Assembly (NCBI GenBank): GCA_046331705.1
Contig: JAXLQJ010000048.1
Span: 1 to 57,109, forward strand
From: a bacterium
GTDB lineage: Bacteria > JADJOY01
Direction: 5' to 3'
DNA: 57,109 bases
Part shown: positions 44,623 through 55,268 of the stretch, piece by piece
Numbering within the stretch: position 1 is the first letter of the stretch
How the letters are laid out: every line of letters starts with the position of its first letter
Position numbers and translations under genes: made by a program
Notes under the pieces: generated by a model
Databases searched by the model: none
Seen by the model: only the letters and a program-made list of their open reading frames with translations
Told to the model about the DNA's origin: nothing

Positions 44623-45806
44623 GTGGGATGCGGGAAGAGCAGCGTACGCAGCCACCGACCGGTGGCGAAACGCGCCACGTGCTCGTGCGAGGAAAGGTGG
44701 TCGAGAATCGAGCGATAGGGAACACAGCACTGCCGGCACACGGGCAAGCCCCGCGCGACGTGGCCCCGAAAGGCTCGATAACCGTCTCCGTTCCAGAGCG
44801 CGGCGAGCGGCGCCTCGCGCAGGTTGCCGAGCTTCCATCCGTCGAGCGACTGGCACGCGAGCAGATCGCCATAGGGCCCGATCATCGCCACCCCCCACGG
44901 CCACGTGCAGCCAGCCTCGGCGCGCTCGCGCACCGGTTCGCCGAGCAAGGGATCCGCCTCCACGGCGATGCGACCGCGACGACGCGCTTCGTCGATCGCC
45001 AGCCAGAAGGCCGCGGGCAGCGCTCCCGGCGCGCGTCCTCCCACGTGCGACTGGCGCGAGAACTGGAGCGTGGCGACACCGCGCGCTCCGAGCCGATCCT
45101 CGGTCGCCGCCACCACGTCGCGGCCGAGATCGCTCACGTGATGGAACGCGATCCGGCTGGCGCCGGCGCGCTCCGCCACCGCGATCAACGGCTCGAGCGC
45201 GTCGCGATTCTCCGGAAGCACGGTGACGTTCACGAAGACCTGCGGATTCGGGCGCCCAGCGCCCCGCTTCGCCTCGTCGAGACGCATCAGCCCCGCGACG
45301 ATTCGCTCGAACGCGCCAGCGCGCCCGCGGATGCGATCGTGGAGCTCGCCCACGCCATCGAGCGAGACCCACAGCACGTCGAGCCCGCTCGCCACCAGCC
45401 GCTCCGTCGCGGCCTCGTCGAGGTGCAAGCCGTTGGTCTGCAGACGCACGAACGGGAACCGCGCGCTCGCCGCATCCACCACGTCGAGGAGATCGGCGCG
45501 CAGGAACGGCTCGCCGCCGGTCAGGATCACGCTGCGGGTTCCGGACGCGGCGGCGTGATCGAGGAGCGCGACGATCTCGTGGCTGGCGAGCGGCGTGCGC
45601 CCCGGCTCCTCGTAGACGCCTTGCCAGAAGCGGCACATGCGGCAGCGCAGATCGCACTCGGCGTTGAGGACGACGTAGAGCTGGACCGGTGGTCCGGCCC
45701 GCTCCGTGCGAAGCGCCAATCGCGTGAACGCGTGCGCGCCCGCGAGGGCGCGCGTGACGCCGCGGCGCGTCCCTTCGCTCGCGGACCTCGCGGGCGTCGT
45801 CGGCAT
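44619..45806 (-). CDS. Radical SAM protein with SPASM/twitch domain
   Basis: CDLRCRMC, TGGEP, TNG, VSLDG, C-terminal CTWPW...GDLLAC...CRQCC. Confidence 0.9.
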   Translation of the reverse strand: MPTTPARSASEGTRRGVTRALAGAHAFTRLALRTERAGPPVQLYVVLNAECDLRCRMCRFWQGVYEEPGRTPLASHEIVALLDHAAASGTRSVILTGGEPFLRADLLDVVDAASARFPFVRLQTNGLHLDEAATERLVASGLDVLWVSLDGVGELHDRIRGRAGAFERIVAGLMRLDEAKRGAGRPNPQVFVNVTVLPENRDALEPLIAVAERAGASRIAFHHVSDLGRDVVAATEDRLGARGVATLQFSRQSHVGGRAPGALPAAFWLAIDEARRRGRIAVEADPLLGEPVRERAEAGCTWPWGVAMIGPYGDLLACQSLDGWKLGNLREAPLAALWNGDGYRAFRGHVARGLPVCRQCCVPYRSILDHLSSHEHVARFATGRWLRTLLFPHPT

Positions 45807-45847
45807 GAGCGCTCCGAGCGCGTCCCGCTGGGCGCGCGGCGCAGCGC

Positions 45848-47287
45848 TCAGGCTGCCGCCGCCACGGCCCCGGCCGTGGTGTGTGCGGGGCGCGGATCGT
45901 TCCGCCAGCGGTCCGGCTCGACCACCAGATCGCCGTCGCGGGCGACGTGCCAGCCGTAGCGAACGAAGGGCAGCCACGGGATGCCGGTCGAGCGCTTGAG
46001 CCCGAGCGCGTACGCCACCCGCCCGAGGACGAAGAAGAGCGGGTTGCGCGGCAATCGCACCAACCGCCGCACCACGCGCGGCGACAACCGCAGCGCGACA
46101 CACAGCGCCATGATCTGCTGCAGGTTGATGAGATCGTCCGGCGGACGGCGCTCGCGCACCTCGGCGAGCTGCGAGAGCGGGGCGCCCGGATCGACGCGCA
46201 GCACGTCGGAATCCACCACCACGGGACGGGTCGCGACGTTCATCGCGTAGGTCTCGAGGGCGAGCTCGAGGTCCTCGCCGGGTGAGCCCAGGATGTTGTT
46301 GGCCTGGAAGCGAATGCCGTGCGCGCGCAGCCGCGCGGCGGCCTCCACGTACGCCGCGTTGGTCTCACGCTTGCCGAGCACCTCGCGGCGAAGCTGCTCG
46401 TTGCCGCTCTCGTAGGCGCAGATGATCGAGTGGCAGCCGCTTCGCGCGAGCTCGCGAACCACGGGCTCGGTGAGAAAGGCCGGACGCGCGACACCGCGAA
46501 ACGGCAGCCGCACGCGCTCGCGATAGAGCGCCAGGAAGCGGCTCACCCAGGCCTCGCCGAGCAGAAAGAGCGTGTCCTCGAACTTGAACATCCGCACGTC
46601 GAAGCGGCCGCGCGCCCACACCAGCTCCTCGACGACGTTCTCCGGAGAGCGCTTGCGGATCGGCTTGCCGTTGCCCGCGTACATCGCGCGCTGGGTGGGC
46701 ACCACGCAGTACGTGCACAGCTCCGTGCAGCCGCGTCCCGTCATGATCGGGTACGTCCAGCGGTAGAACGCACGCACGAAGGGATAGCGGAAGTAGTCGC
46801 TCGGATCGGCGAACGGCAGGCGGTCGAGGTCGTCGATCAAGCGGCGCGCGGGGTTGCGGCGCCAGCGTCCGCCCGCGCGGCTCCACACGTTCGCGATCGC
46901 GGCGGCGTCACGGCCGGCCTCGAGCGCGGCCAGGAGCTCCGGCAGCGCCTCGTCGCTCTCGCCCCGACACACGTAGTCGACGCTCTCGTCCGCGAGGAAG
47001 TATTCGGCGTCGAACGTCGCGTACGAACCGCCGGCGAGGATCGCGCCGCGAAATCCGTGGCGAGCACGCAGCGCGCGGGCGGTGTCGCGCGCCCACGACT
47101 CCACGCCCAAGACGGTCGGCAACGCGATCGCGTCGGGGCGCTCGCGTCGCAGCAGCGCCGCCACCCCGCCGCGTTCCTCGGGCACGATCGCGAGCGCCAC
47201 CTCGTGACCGGCCGCGCGAGCGGCGGCAACGCACGCGGTGGTGCCGTTCCAGATGATCGGATCGAGTTGGAGGAAGAGCAGCTTCAC
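45848..47287 (-). CDS. B12-binding-domain radical SAM protein
   Basis: GGSYAT, VCRGESD, LDRLPF, GRGCTELCTYC, YESGN. Confidence 0.88.
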   Translation of the reverse strand: MKLLFLQLDPIIWNGTTACVAAARAAGHEVALAIVPEERGGVAALLRRERPDAIALPTVLGVESWARDTARALRARHGFRGAILAGGSYATFDAEYFLADESVDYVCRGESDEALPELLAALEAGRDAAAIANVWSRAGGRWRRNPARRLIDDLDRLPFADPSDYFRYPFVRAFYRWTYPIMTGRGCTELCTYCVVPTQRAMYAGNGKPIRKRSPENVVEELVWARGRFDVRMFKFEDTLFLLGEAWVSRFLALYRERVRLPFRGVARPAFLTEPVVRELARSGCHSIICAYESGNEQLRREVLGKRETNAAYVEAAARLRAHGIRFQANNILGSPGEDLELALETYAMNVATRPVVVDSDVLRVDPGAPLSQLAEVRERRPPDDLINLQQIMALCVALRLSPRVVRRLVRLPRNPLFFVLGRVAYALGLKRSTGIPWLPFVRYGWHVARDGDLVVEPDRWRNDPRPAHTTAGAVAAAA

Positions 47288-47481
47288 GCGAGCGCCGGCG
47301 AACGTGTCTCGGGAACGAGGACGGGTGCGGTGTCGCTGAGCGGGCCGATCATTATCCGGCTCACTCCGACGACCGTCAAAGCGACGTGCGCTTCGCGAAC
47401 GGTGGCGGCGATGGCGAGCCCCGAGTACCATCGGGTCCGATCGCGCATGACACGCACACGCCTCGACGACGGAGGAACACG

Positions 47482-47916
47482 ATGATCACCGTGCAGTCGA
47501 TCCTCAAGACCAAGGGCCACACGATCCACAGCGTCAGCCCGAGCGCGAGCGTCTTCGACGCCCTGCGCAAGATGGCCGAGCACAATTGCGGCGCGCTGGT
47601 GGTGATGGACGGCGACAAGCTCGTGGGGATGCTCTCGGAGCGCGACTACGCCCGCAAGGTGATCCTGATGGGCAAGATGTCGAAGGACACGCCCGTGCGC
47701 GACATCATGACCCACGAGGTCATCCACGTGGCGCCCGACGCGAGCGTCGAGGCGTGCATGGGGCTCATGACCGAGAAGCGCTTCCGTCACCTGGTGGTAC
47801 GCGATGCGGAACGCGTGGTCGGCGTCATCTCGATCGGGGACGTGGTGAAGGCGGTGATCGACGAGCAGCGATTCACCATCGAGCAGCTCGAGCTCTACAT
47901 CGCCGGCAACGTGTGA
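47482..47916 (+). CDS. CBS-domain protein
   Basis: GMLSERDYARKV, VRDIMT, RHL, GVISIGDVVK; GGAGG RBS. Confidence 0.93.
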   Translation: MITVQSILKTKGHTIHSVSPSASVFDALRKMAEHNCGALVVMDGDKLVGMLSERDYARKVILMGKMSKDTPVRDIMTHEVIHVAPDASVEACMGLMTEKRFRHLVVRDAERVVGVISIGDVVKAVIDEQRFTIEQLELYIAGNV

Positions 47917-47954
47917 GCGGCCCGCGGCCCTGAGGCCCCGGGGGCCACCCGCGC

Positions 47955-50444
47955 TCAGGGGCTGGCGGCCGCGGAGGGCGCGCTCACCACGAATTTCCGC
48001 AGCACCCGCAGACCGCCGTCGCAGCTCGGGCCGCCACCGCCCACACAGGTGTGCTCCTCGCGCACGCCCTCGCTCGGTGCGAGCGCGGTGTGCCCATCCC
48101 ACGGCAGCGCGAGCGTCCGCCGGAAGCCTGCAGCCTCGATCCGCACCCGCTGCGGGCTGAAGACCAGACGCTGCGACGCGAGCGGTGCTCGCGCGGCGCG
48201 CTTCGCTGCCGCGGTGCTCGCGAGCGGCGCCTCGGCGTTCTGCGGCACCACGGCCCACACCGGCAGCGACGGCCAGGTGAGCGGATCGGCGACGTCGATC
48301 TCCGCCTCACCCGACCAACCGTGGGGACCGACCACACCCACGATCGGCGCGCCGAGCCAGGGCTCGCCGTCGATGGTCACCTGGGCACCCGCGAGCCCTT
48401 GCGCCGCGTCGCCGGCGCGGACCACACCCACCAAGCCACGCCATCGAGCGAGCACCCACGGACCCGCGACGTCGACGAAACGATTGTCGTGCTCGATGCG
48501 TGACTGATTGACGGGCTCGGCTTCGATCAGCAGCACGCCGCCCGCACCCGCGCCCTCGAGCACGTTGGGTCGCGCCTGCGAGCCGATCGTGAAACGCGGC
48601 GCGCGCTCGGGCGCGAGCCGTGCCGCCTCGGTGCCGGTCGCCTCGATGGCCACACCGCGCGCCGCGCGGATGCGATTGCCGAGCACCGCGACCTCGCCGC
48701 CCTCGAGGCGGATCGCGGTCTGGCTCTCCTCGATGGCGTTGTCCTCGATCCTGACCGCCGTGGCGCCCTCGCCGCGCGGCGACACCCGCGTCGTCACGCC
48801 GGCGATCCGGCTCGCGAGTATCGTGTTGTCGAGGATGCGCACGTCGTCCACGGGGCCATCGATCGACACCGCCTCTTGCGTGGTGACCACGCGGTTGCCG
48901 CGGCGCGGCCCGGGGCAGATCGCGGCGAGCGCATCCTTCTTGGCGGCGTCCCCGCCGCCGATCGTCACCCCGCTCGCCCCCACGGCGACCTTGACCGCAT
49001 GGGTCGCCCCATCCACCGTGTTGCGCACGATGCGCGTGCCGCGCGCGCGGGTCACCGCGATGGCGACGTGCAGCGCGTCGAACCGGTTGCACTCGATCAC
49101 GTCCGCGTCGCCATCGTCGACGAACACGCCCATCGTGGCGCCCTCGTGGGCGCCGCGGATCCAATTGCCGCGCACCTCGGTGCCACGCACGTGGGGCGGC
49201 TCGCGGGTCGAGCCGTTGGCGCGCCCGCGCGCGACCAGCACCGCGGTGCCGGTACGCGCGCGAAACACGTTGAGGTCGGCGGGATCGGGATGCGCCGCGC
49301 GCACTCCGATGACGACGCCGTCGATGTCGTCACCGGGACGCGGCGCTCGCGGCAGCGGATCGGGTCCGGTCACGGCGACGTGGGTCTGACCGCGGCCGCT
49401 GAAGAGGTTCCCCCGGACCCAGACGTCGTGCCCGCCGGGCTCGCACTCGAGGTTCCGCTGGCACGGGCGATCGATGGCGAGCCCGACCGTCGCCTCGCGC
49501 GCCGAGATCTCGAGCCCCGCGATCACCACGCCGCTGGCGACGACCTCGACGACGGCCTTGCTGTTCTCGCGATTGGTGCCCGGCTCGGGCCCGAGGATCA
49601 GCGGCAGGTGCGCGGGCTCGATCGCTTGCACGAGGTTGCCGGGGGTCGCACCTGGCTGGCTGTAACCATCCACCACGGTCTCGGCCCGCGAGATCACGAC
49701 GCCCTCGCCGGAGAGCTCGATCGGCGCGTACACGGACGCGCTCCCCATGCAGCCCTGCGGCTCCAGCGCGAACACGATTCGCGGCGCGGGCGCGCCAGCC
49801 GGCACCGCGTCGGCACGACACGCCGCCCAGCGCAGCGTGCCCACGGCGTTCGGCGCGCGCTGCACCGCATCGCAGCCACGCGGAGCGCCGAGCGCGGGTG
49901 CCGCGGTTCCGGCCGGATCGTCACCGCGTACCACGCAATACTGTGCCGCCCCGGGCCAGCCCGGACGCACGCTGGCCTCGCATTCGAGCTGGTTCACCGC
50001 CGCGAGGCCGGCGTCGCGATCGCACGCGTCGCTCACGTCCGCGCGGATTCGGGCCCGCAGCTTGGGGAGATCGTCGTACGCGGCCTTGCCGTCGTCGCGA
50101 TCGAGCTGCTGCTCGAGGCGGTCCAGCAAGGGGCAGACTCCCGCGCTGCACCAATCGCCGCCGCTCTTGGGCGCGGTCGCGGCGACCGGACCCGTGGGAC
50201 CGCGTCCCGAGGCCCACATGCGTACGCGCGCCATCGCCGCCGCGACCGTGCCGCTCGCGGGGCCGGCGCCAGGCGTGCTGGATGCGCCTGCAGCGCTCGC
50301 CGGCGTCTGCGCGACCGGCGCGCGGAACTTCATGAAACGGGAGCCGGGCTCGGCTTGCCCGGATTGCGCGTGAGCTGGCGTGACCACGCTGAGCGCGACG
50401 AGCAGCGCACCGATCGCGAGGCGCACGCGCGTCGGCTCCCCCAC
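47955..50444 (-). CDS. Secreted right-handed beta-helix repeat protein
   Basis: Signal peptide AHA-Q; GTLRWA, VDGYSQPGA; repeated (V/I)xGNx(I/F) rungs. Confidence 0.7.
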   Translation of the reverse strand: MGEPTRVRLAIGALLVALSVVTPAHAQSGQAEPGSRFMKFRAPVAQTPASAAGASSTPGAGPASGTVAAAMARVRMWASGRGPTGPVAATAPKSGGDWCSAGVCPLLDRLEQQLDRDDGKAAYDDLPKLRARIRADVSDACDRDAGLAAVNQLECEASVRPGWPGAAQYCVVRGDDPAGTAAPALGAPRGCDAVQRAPNAVGTLRWAACRADAVPAGAPAPRIVFALEPQGCMGSASVYAPIELSGEGVVISRAETVVDGYSQPGATPGNLVQAIEPAHLPLILGPEPGTNRENSKAVVEVVASGVVIAGLEISAREATVGLAIDRPCQRNLECEPGGHDVWVRGNLFSGRGQTHVAVTGPDPLPRAPRPGDDIDGVVIGVRAAHPDPADLNVFRARTGTAVLVARGRANGSTREPPHVRGTEVRGNWIRGAHEGATMGVFVDDGDADVIECNRFDALHVAIAVTRARGTRIVRNTVDGATHAVKVAVGASGVTIGGGDAAKKDALAAICPGPRRGNRVVTTQEAVSIDGPVDDVRILDNTILASRIAGVTTRVSPRGEGATAVRIEDNAIEESQTAIRLEGGEVAVLGNRIRAARGVAIEATGTEAARLAPERAPRFTIGSQARPNVLEGAGAGGVLLIEAEPVNQSRIEHDNRFVDVAGPWVLARWRGLVGVVRAGDAAQGLAGAQVTIDGEPWLGAPIVGVVGPHGWSGEAEIDVADPLTWPSLPVWAVVPQNAEAPLASTAAAKRAARAPLASQRLVFSPQRVRIEAAGFRRTLALPWDGHTALAPSEGVREEHTCVGGGGPSCDGGLRVLRKFVVSAPSAAASP

Positions 50445-50446
50445 GC

Positions 50447-51916
50447 TCAGGCCACACCGCCGAAGAGCGCGAGCAGCACCGCCGGGTCGCGGATGACCTT
50501 CTCGCTCGGGGTGCGCGGGATCGCACCGATGGCCCAATGCTTGGGCACCTTGAAGCCGGCGATGCGCGCGCGCAGTGCGGCGCCGAGCTCGCCCGCGTCC
50601 AGCGTGGCGCCCGCCACCGGCTCCACCACGGCGGCGATCGCCGCGCCCCATTTGCGATCGACGAGGCCGAAGACCACCGCCTCGCGCACCTGCGGCAGCG
50701 TCCGCAGCGCTCCCTCCACCTCTTCCGGGTACACGTTCATGCCGCCGGTGATGATCATTCCGCCCTCGCGACCGATCAGCGTCAGGGCACCATCGGCGGC
50801 GAGGTATCCCCAATCGCCGACGCTCAGGTAGTCGCCGTGGCGCAGCGCCGGAGCTTCGTCCTCGGAGCCCGGTCCGCGATGGTAGTCGAGCATGAGCGTG
50901 GGGCTTCGCACGTACACCCGCCCGGCGGTGCCGAGCGGTGGCTCGCTGCCGTTTCCATCCAGGATCGCGAGCGTCACGTTGGGCTCGGGAAATCCCACGG
51001 TGGCGGCGTGGCTACGTTGCTTCGCCGGTGGCAGCGTGGTGACCGTGCCGGTCTCGGTGGTGCCGTAGAACTCCCACAGGACGCCTTCGCCGAGCAACTC
51101 CACGAGCTCGAGCCGGGTGTCGACGTCGATGGCGCTGCCCGCGGTCCACGCCACCCGCAACCGCGGACGCGGCGCACCGCCGCGAATCGCCTCCAGCAAC
51201 ATCCGCCACTGGGTGGGCACCAGGAAGAGCGTCGAGATCTCACCCGACGCCGCGAGCCGCGCGACGCGCTCGCCATCGAAGTGGGCGAGCACCAGCTGAC
51301 GGGCGCCGAGCGCGCGGTGGATCGTGGAGAAGATGCTCGGCCCCGAGTGGTAGAGCGGCCCCGCGACCAGGTGCACGTCGGAGGCGCGCAATCCGTAGGT
51401 CGCGATCGACTGCTCCACCCGCGCTTGATCGCCGGCGCGCGGCCGCAGCACGCCCTTGGGACGGCCACTCGAGCCCGAGGTGTAGAGAAGCTGCGCCGCC
51501 GACGACGGCACGGGAACGTCCGCGAGCGGCGCCCGCTCGACGCACCGGGTCCAGCTCCAATCCTCCATCGCGATGGCGCCCGGCGCGAGCGCGGGATCGC
51601 CGAGCACCAACCGCGGCTCCGCGTTGGCGAGGATCCAATCCCGCTCCGGCGGAGCGAGCCGGCTGCCCACCGGCACGAACGTGAGGCCCGCCTGGATCGC
51701 GGCCTCCTTGAGCAAGACCCACTCGGGATGATTCCCGCCGACGACGGCGAGTCGATCTCCCGCGGCAAGCCCACGGCGCGTGAGCTCCCGCGCCACGCCG
51801 CCCACCCGCGACGCCGCCACGCCGTACGTCCAGTCCCCTTCCTCGGGGACGTCGAGCCAAGCCCATCCCACGCGATCCGGCTCGCGCCTGGCGAGCTCGT
51901 TGAGCGTGCGAGTCAT
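50447..51916 (-). CDS. AMP-binding enzyme / acyl-CoA synthetase
   Basis: YTSGSSGRPKG, FYGTTETG, VGDWG, GGMNVYPEEVE. Confidence 0.92.
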   Translation of the reverse strand: MTRTLNELARREPDRVGWAWLDVPEEGDWTYGVAASRVGGVARELTRRGLAAGDRLAVVGGNHPEWVLLKEAAIQAGLTFVPVGSRLAPPERDWILANAEPRLVLGDPALAPGAIAMEDWSWTRCVERAPLADVPVPSSAAQLLYTSGSSGRPKGVLRPRAGDQARVEQSIATYGLRASDVHLVAGPLYHSGPSIFSTIHRALGARQLVLAHFDGERVARLAASGEISTLFLVPTQWRMLLEAIRGGAPRPRLRVAWTAGSAIDVDTRLELVELLGEGVLWEFYGTTETGTVTTLPPAKQRSHAATVGFPEPNVTLAILDGNGSEPPLGTAGRVYVRSPTLMLDYHRGPGSEDEAPALRHGDYLSVGDWGYLAADGALTLIGREGGMIITGGMNVYPEEVEGALRTLPQVREAVVFGLVDRKWGAAIAAVVEPVAGATLDAGELGAALRARIAGFKVPKHWAIGAIPRTPSEKVIRDPAVLLALFGGVA

Positions 51917-52827
51917 CGCGCCAAGATCGCGCGCAGCGCCGCATCCGGCTCGGTGAAGCGAAACACGTAGCCGAGCTCGAGCGCGCGCTTCGGCACCGCG
52001 CGCTGGCCATCGAGCACGACCGTGGCCGCTTCGCCGAACGCCAGCTCCACGCCGGCGCGGGGCGCGGGCAACCAGGACGGCCGCCCCAGCACGTGCCCGA
52101 GGGTCTCGGAAAGCTCACCGTTGGTGACCGGATGCGGGGCGGTCGCGTTCAGCACGCCGCTCACCTCCGACCGGTCGATCGCGAACAGCACCAGCCCCAC
52201 GAGATCGTCGAGGTGGATCCACGACACCCACTGCGCACCGTCGCCGATGGGTCCGCCGACGAAGAGCTTGAAGGGCAGCAGCATCTTGGGCAGCGCCCCG
52301 CCCTCCTTGCCCAGCACCACGCCGATGCGCAGCACGGCGGTGCGCACTCCGAGCGCGTCGGCGCGCCGTGCCTCGAGCTCCCAGTCGCGACAGACGGCGG
52401 CCAGGAAGTCGCTGCCGCACGGCGCCTCCTCCGCGAGCTCCGCAATCCCCGACACACCGTAGTAGCCCACCGCCGAGGCGCTCACCAGCACCGCCGGGCG
52501 CTCGTCCATCTGCGCCATCGCCTGCACCAGCGCGCGCGTGCCGTCGACGCGACTGGCGCGGATGCGCTCCTTGCGCGCCTCGCTCCAGCGCGCGCCGAAC
52601 ACGGGCTCGCCCGCGAGGTTCACCACCGCGCTCACGCCCGCGAGGCCGGCGGCGATCCCGACCGAGTCGTCCGGATCCCAGCGCACCGCCACGACCTCGG
52701 CGTCGAGGCGTTCGGCGGCCGCCTCGGGATCCCTCGTGAAGGCGATGACCTCGTCGCCGCGCTCGGCGAGCGCGCGCGCCACCGCGCGGCCGACGAAACC
52801 CGTGGCACCCGTGATCGCAACGCGCAT
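51913..52827 (-). CDS. TIGR01777-family (YfcH-like) NAD-dependent epimerase/oxidoreductase
   Basis: ITGATGFVG, VVNLAGE, SASAVGYYG, SWIHLDD. Confidence 0.93.
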   Translation of the reverse strand: MRVAITGATGFVGRAVARALAERGDEVIAFTRDPEAAAERLDAEVVAVRWDPDDSVGIAAGLAGVSAVVNLAGEPVFGARWSEARKERIRASRVDGTRALVQAMAQMDERPAVLVSASAVGYYGVSGIAELAEEAPCGSDFLAAVCRDWELEARRADALGVRTAVLRIGVVLGKEGGALPKMLLPFKLFVGGPIGDGAQWVSWIHLDDLVGLVLFAIDRSEVSGVLNATAPHPVTNGELSETLGHVLGRPSWLPAPRAGVELAFGEAATVVLDGQRAVPKRALELGYVFRFTEPDAALRAILAR

Positions 52828-52897
52828 CGACCTCGCCCCCCGCGGCTGCGCCGCGCGGACGGGGCGCTGCCCCGTCCGTATCCACTCGCGCCGCCCC

Positions 52898-55057
52898 TCA
52901 GCCCGGGTTCACCTCGCAGGACCCCGCGCCCGCCGCCGGTAGATAACAGCGCTCCACGTAGTCCATCACCATGCGATCGGTGTTGAAGCGCCAGCCCAGC
53001 GTGCGCACCGCGCGCTTGACCCGCGCCAGCCAACGCACCGGCAGACCCCAGGAATCGCGCTCGTAGAAGAGCGGCACGATCTCGTCCTCGAGGACCCGCA
53101 TCAGGTCGGCCGCATCGCGCTCTTCCTGGACGCCCGAGCTCACGTGGACCTCGCCGGTGCCGATCGCGAATCCATTGTGACCGTCGTAACCCTCGGGGAA
53201 CCAACCGTCCAGGATCGAGAAGTTGAGGCCGCCGTTGAGCAGCACCTTCTGGCCGCTGGTGCCGCTCGCCTCGAGGGGCCGCGTGGGATTGTTGAGCCAC
53301 ACGTCCACGCCCTGCACCAGGTGCCGCGCGACGTTGATCTCGAAGTCCTCGATGAACGCGAGGCGTCCCTGGAAACCGACGTCCGCCATCGACTGCACGA
53401 TCTCGCGGATCAAACCCTTGCCGATCTCGTCGTGGGGATGCGCCTTGCCCGCGAACACGATCTGCACCGGGCGAGTGGGATCGGTGAGGATGCGCTTCAG
53501 CCGCTCCCGGTCGCGCAGGATCAGCGTCGCGCGCTTGTACTGGGCGAAGCGACGCGCGAAGCCGATCGTGAGCACGTTGGGATCGAAGGAGTCGGCGACG
53601 CGCCGGGCCACCGCCGGGTCGAGCCCCTCGGTGCGCTCGCTCTGGGTGATCAGGCGGCGCCGCACGAAGCGCACCAGCTTCGACTTGAGGATCTGCAGCG
53701 TCTCCCAGAGCTCGACGTCGGGGACCTCGTCGATCCCCATCCACGTCTCGGGATGCGCCAGGTGGATCGGCCAATCGGGCCGCAGGTGGCGATCGTAGAG
53801 CAAGCGCATCTCGGGCGCGAGCCAGGTGGGAACGTGCACGCCGTTGGTGATGTGGCCGATCGGCACCTCGGACTCGTTGCGCTGCGGCCACAGGCCGTGC
53901 CACATGCGCCGCGTGACGCGTCCGTGCAAGGCGCTCACACCGTTGGCCTTGCTGGCGCACTTGAGCGCGAGCACGGTCATGCAGAACGGCTCGCCGGCGT
54001 CTTGCGCGTTCACGCGGCCAAGCGAGAGCAAGCCCTCGCGCGTGAGGCCGAGGCTCTCGCGCATGCCGAGCAGGTGCTCTTCCGCCAGGTCGGGCTCGAA
54101 GCGGTCGTGACCGGCCTCGACGGGAGTGTGGGTGGTGAACACCACCTTCTGACGCACCTCGCGCATCGCGTCGACGAAGCTCAACCCGTCGTCGTGCATG
54201 CGCTGGCGCACCAGCTCCAGCACGGCGAAGGCGCTGTGTCCCTCGTTGAGGTGCACCACGCCCGGCACGATGCCGAGCGCCGAGAGCGCCCGCACACCGC
54301 CCACTCCCAGCAGCAGCTCCTGCCGGATGCGCGTGCGGCGGTCACCGCCGTAGAGCCGCGTCTCCACGCTGAGATCGAGCGCGCCGTTCTCCGGCAGGTG
54401 CGGATCGAGCAACACCAGGATCACGCGGCCCACGTCCACGCGCCACACCCGCGCACGCATCACGGTGCCGTTGCCGATCGGCACCTCGATCACGACCTTC
54501 TGGCCGGTGCGGCTGATGGCCTCGCGAACCGGTTGCTCGGCGGTGTCGAAGTTCGAGTAGCTCTCGCGCTGATAGCCGGATCGGTCGACCCATTGCCGGA
54601 AGTAGCCCTCGCGATAGAGCAGGCTCACGCCCACCAGCGGCAGCCCCAGGTCCGAGGCGCTCTTGAGGTGGTCGCCCGCGAGAACGCCCAGGCCGCCCGA
54701 ATAGAGCGGCAGCGACTCGTGCAGGCCGAACTCCGCCGAGAAGTAGGCCACCGGGCGTGCGAGCAGCGCGCCGGCGTGCGCAATCGCCCACGTGCGCGTG
54801 TCGGTGAGATAGGTCTCGAGGCTGCGATACGCCCCCTCGATGCGCGCGTTGAGCTCGAGCTCGTGCGAGCGCTCGATGATGACCGCGTCGCTCAAGCGCT
54901 TCAGCATCGCCACCGGATTGTGATCGCAGCGCCGCCACAGATCCGGATCCAGCGAGCGAAACACCTGAACCACTTCCGGGTGCCAGGCCCACCACAGATT
55001 CTGGGAAAGGCGCTCGAGCTTGAGGCGCAAGAGCTTTGCTTCGTCACGCGTGATCAT
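52898..55057 (-). CDS. glgP: Alpha-glucan (glycogen) phosphorylase
   Basis: NLWWAW, YSGGLGVLAGDHLKSASD, HLNEGH, FARRFAQYKR, PLP motif EASGTSGQK. Confidence 0.95.
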   Translation of the reverse strand: MITRDEAKLLRLKLERLSQNLWWAWHPEVVQVFRSLDPDLWRRCDHNPVAMLKRLSDAVIIERSHELELNARIEGAYRSLETYLTDTRTWAIAHAGALLARPVAYFSAEFGLHESLPLYSGGLGVLAGDHLKSASDLGLPLVGVSLLYREGYFRQWVDRSGYQRESYSNFDTAEQPVREAISRTGQKVVIEVPIGNGTVMRARVWRVDVGRVILVLLDPHLPENGALDLSVETRLYGGDRRTRIRQELLLGVGGVRALSALGIVPGVVHLNEGHSAFAVLELVRQRMHDDGLSFVDAMREVRQKVVFTTHTPVEAGHDRFEPDLAEEHLLGMRESLGLTREGLLSLGRVNAQDAGEPFCMTVLALKCASKANGVSALHGRVTRRMWHGLWPQRNESEVPIGHITNGVHVPTWLAPEMRLLYDRHLRPDWPIHLAHPETWMGIDEVPDVELWETLQILKSKLVRFVRRRLITQSERTEGLDPAVARRVADSFDPNVLTIGFARRFAQYKRATLILRDRERLKRILTDPTRPVQIVFAGKAHPHDEIGKGLIREIVQSMADVGFQGRLAFIEDFEINVARHLVQGVDVWLNNPTRPLEASGTSGQKVLLNGGLNFSILDGWFPEGYDGHNGFAIGTGEVHVSSGVQEERDAADLMRVLEDEIVPLFYERDSWGLPVRWLARVKRAVRTLGWRFNTDRMVMDYVERCYLPAAGAGSCEVNPG

Positions 55058-55268
55058 GACCAGAACCCGAGCTTTCTCGAGGGAACTCCGCTCGCGCGGC
55101 AACCCGCGGCAACGATGAAATCGACGAACGACACGGACGATCGAGCGATCACAAGAGGCGAACTGTATCTCCCCCATTCCGCGGGAAAAGGGGCTCGCGC
55201 AAGATCGCGTTCCCGTGCGCCGCGGGGGCCAGCGCTGGCCCGATGGGACCAGCGGTCCGGGGCCGCGC

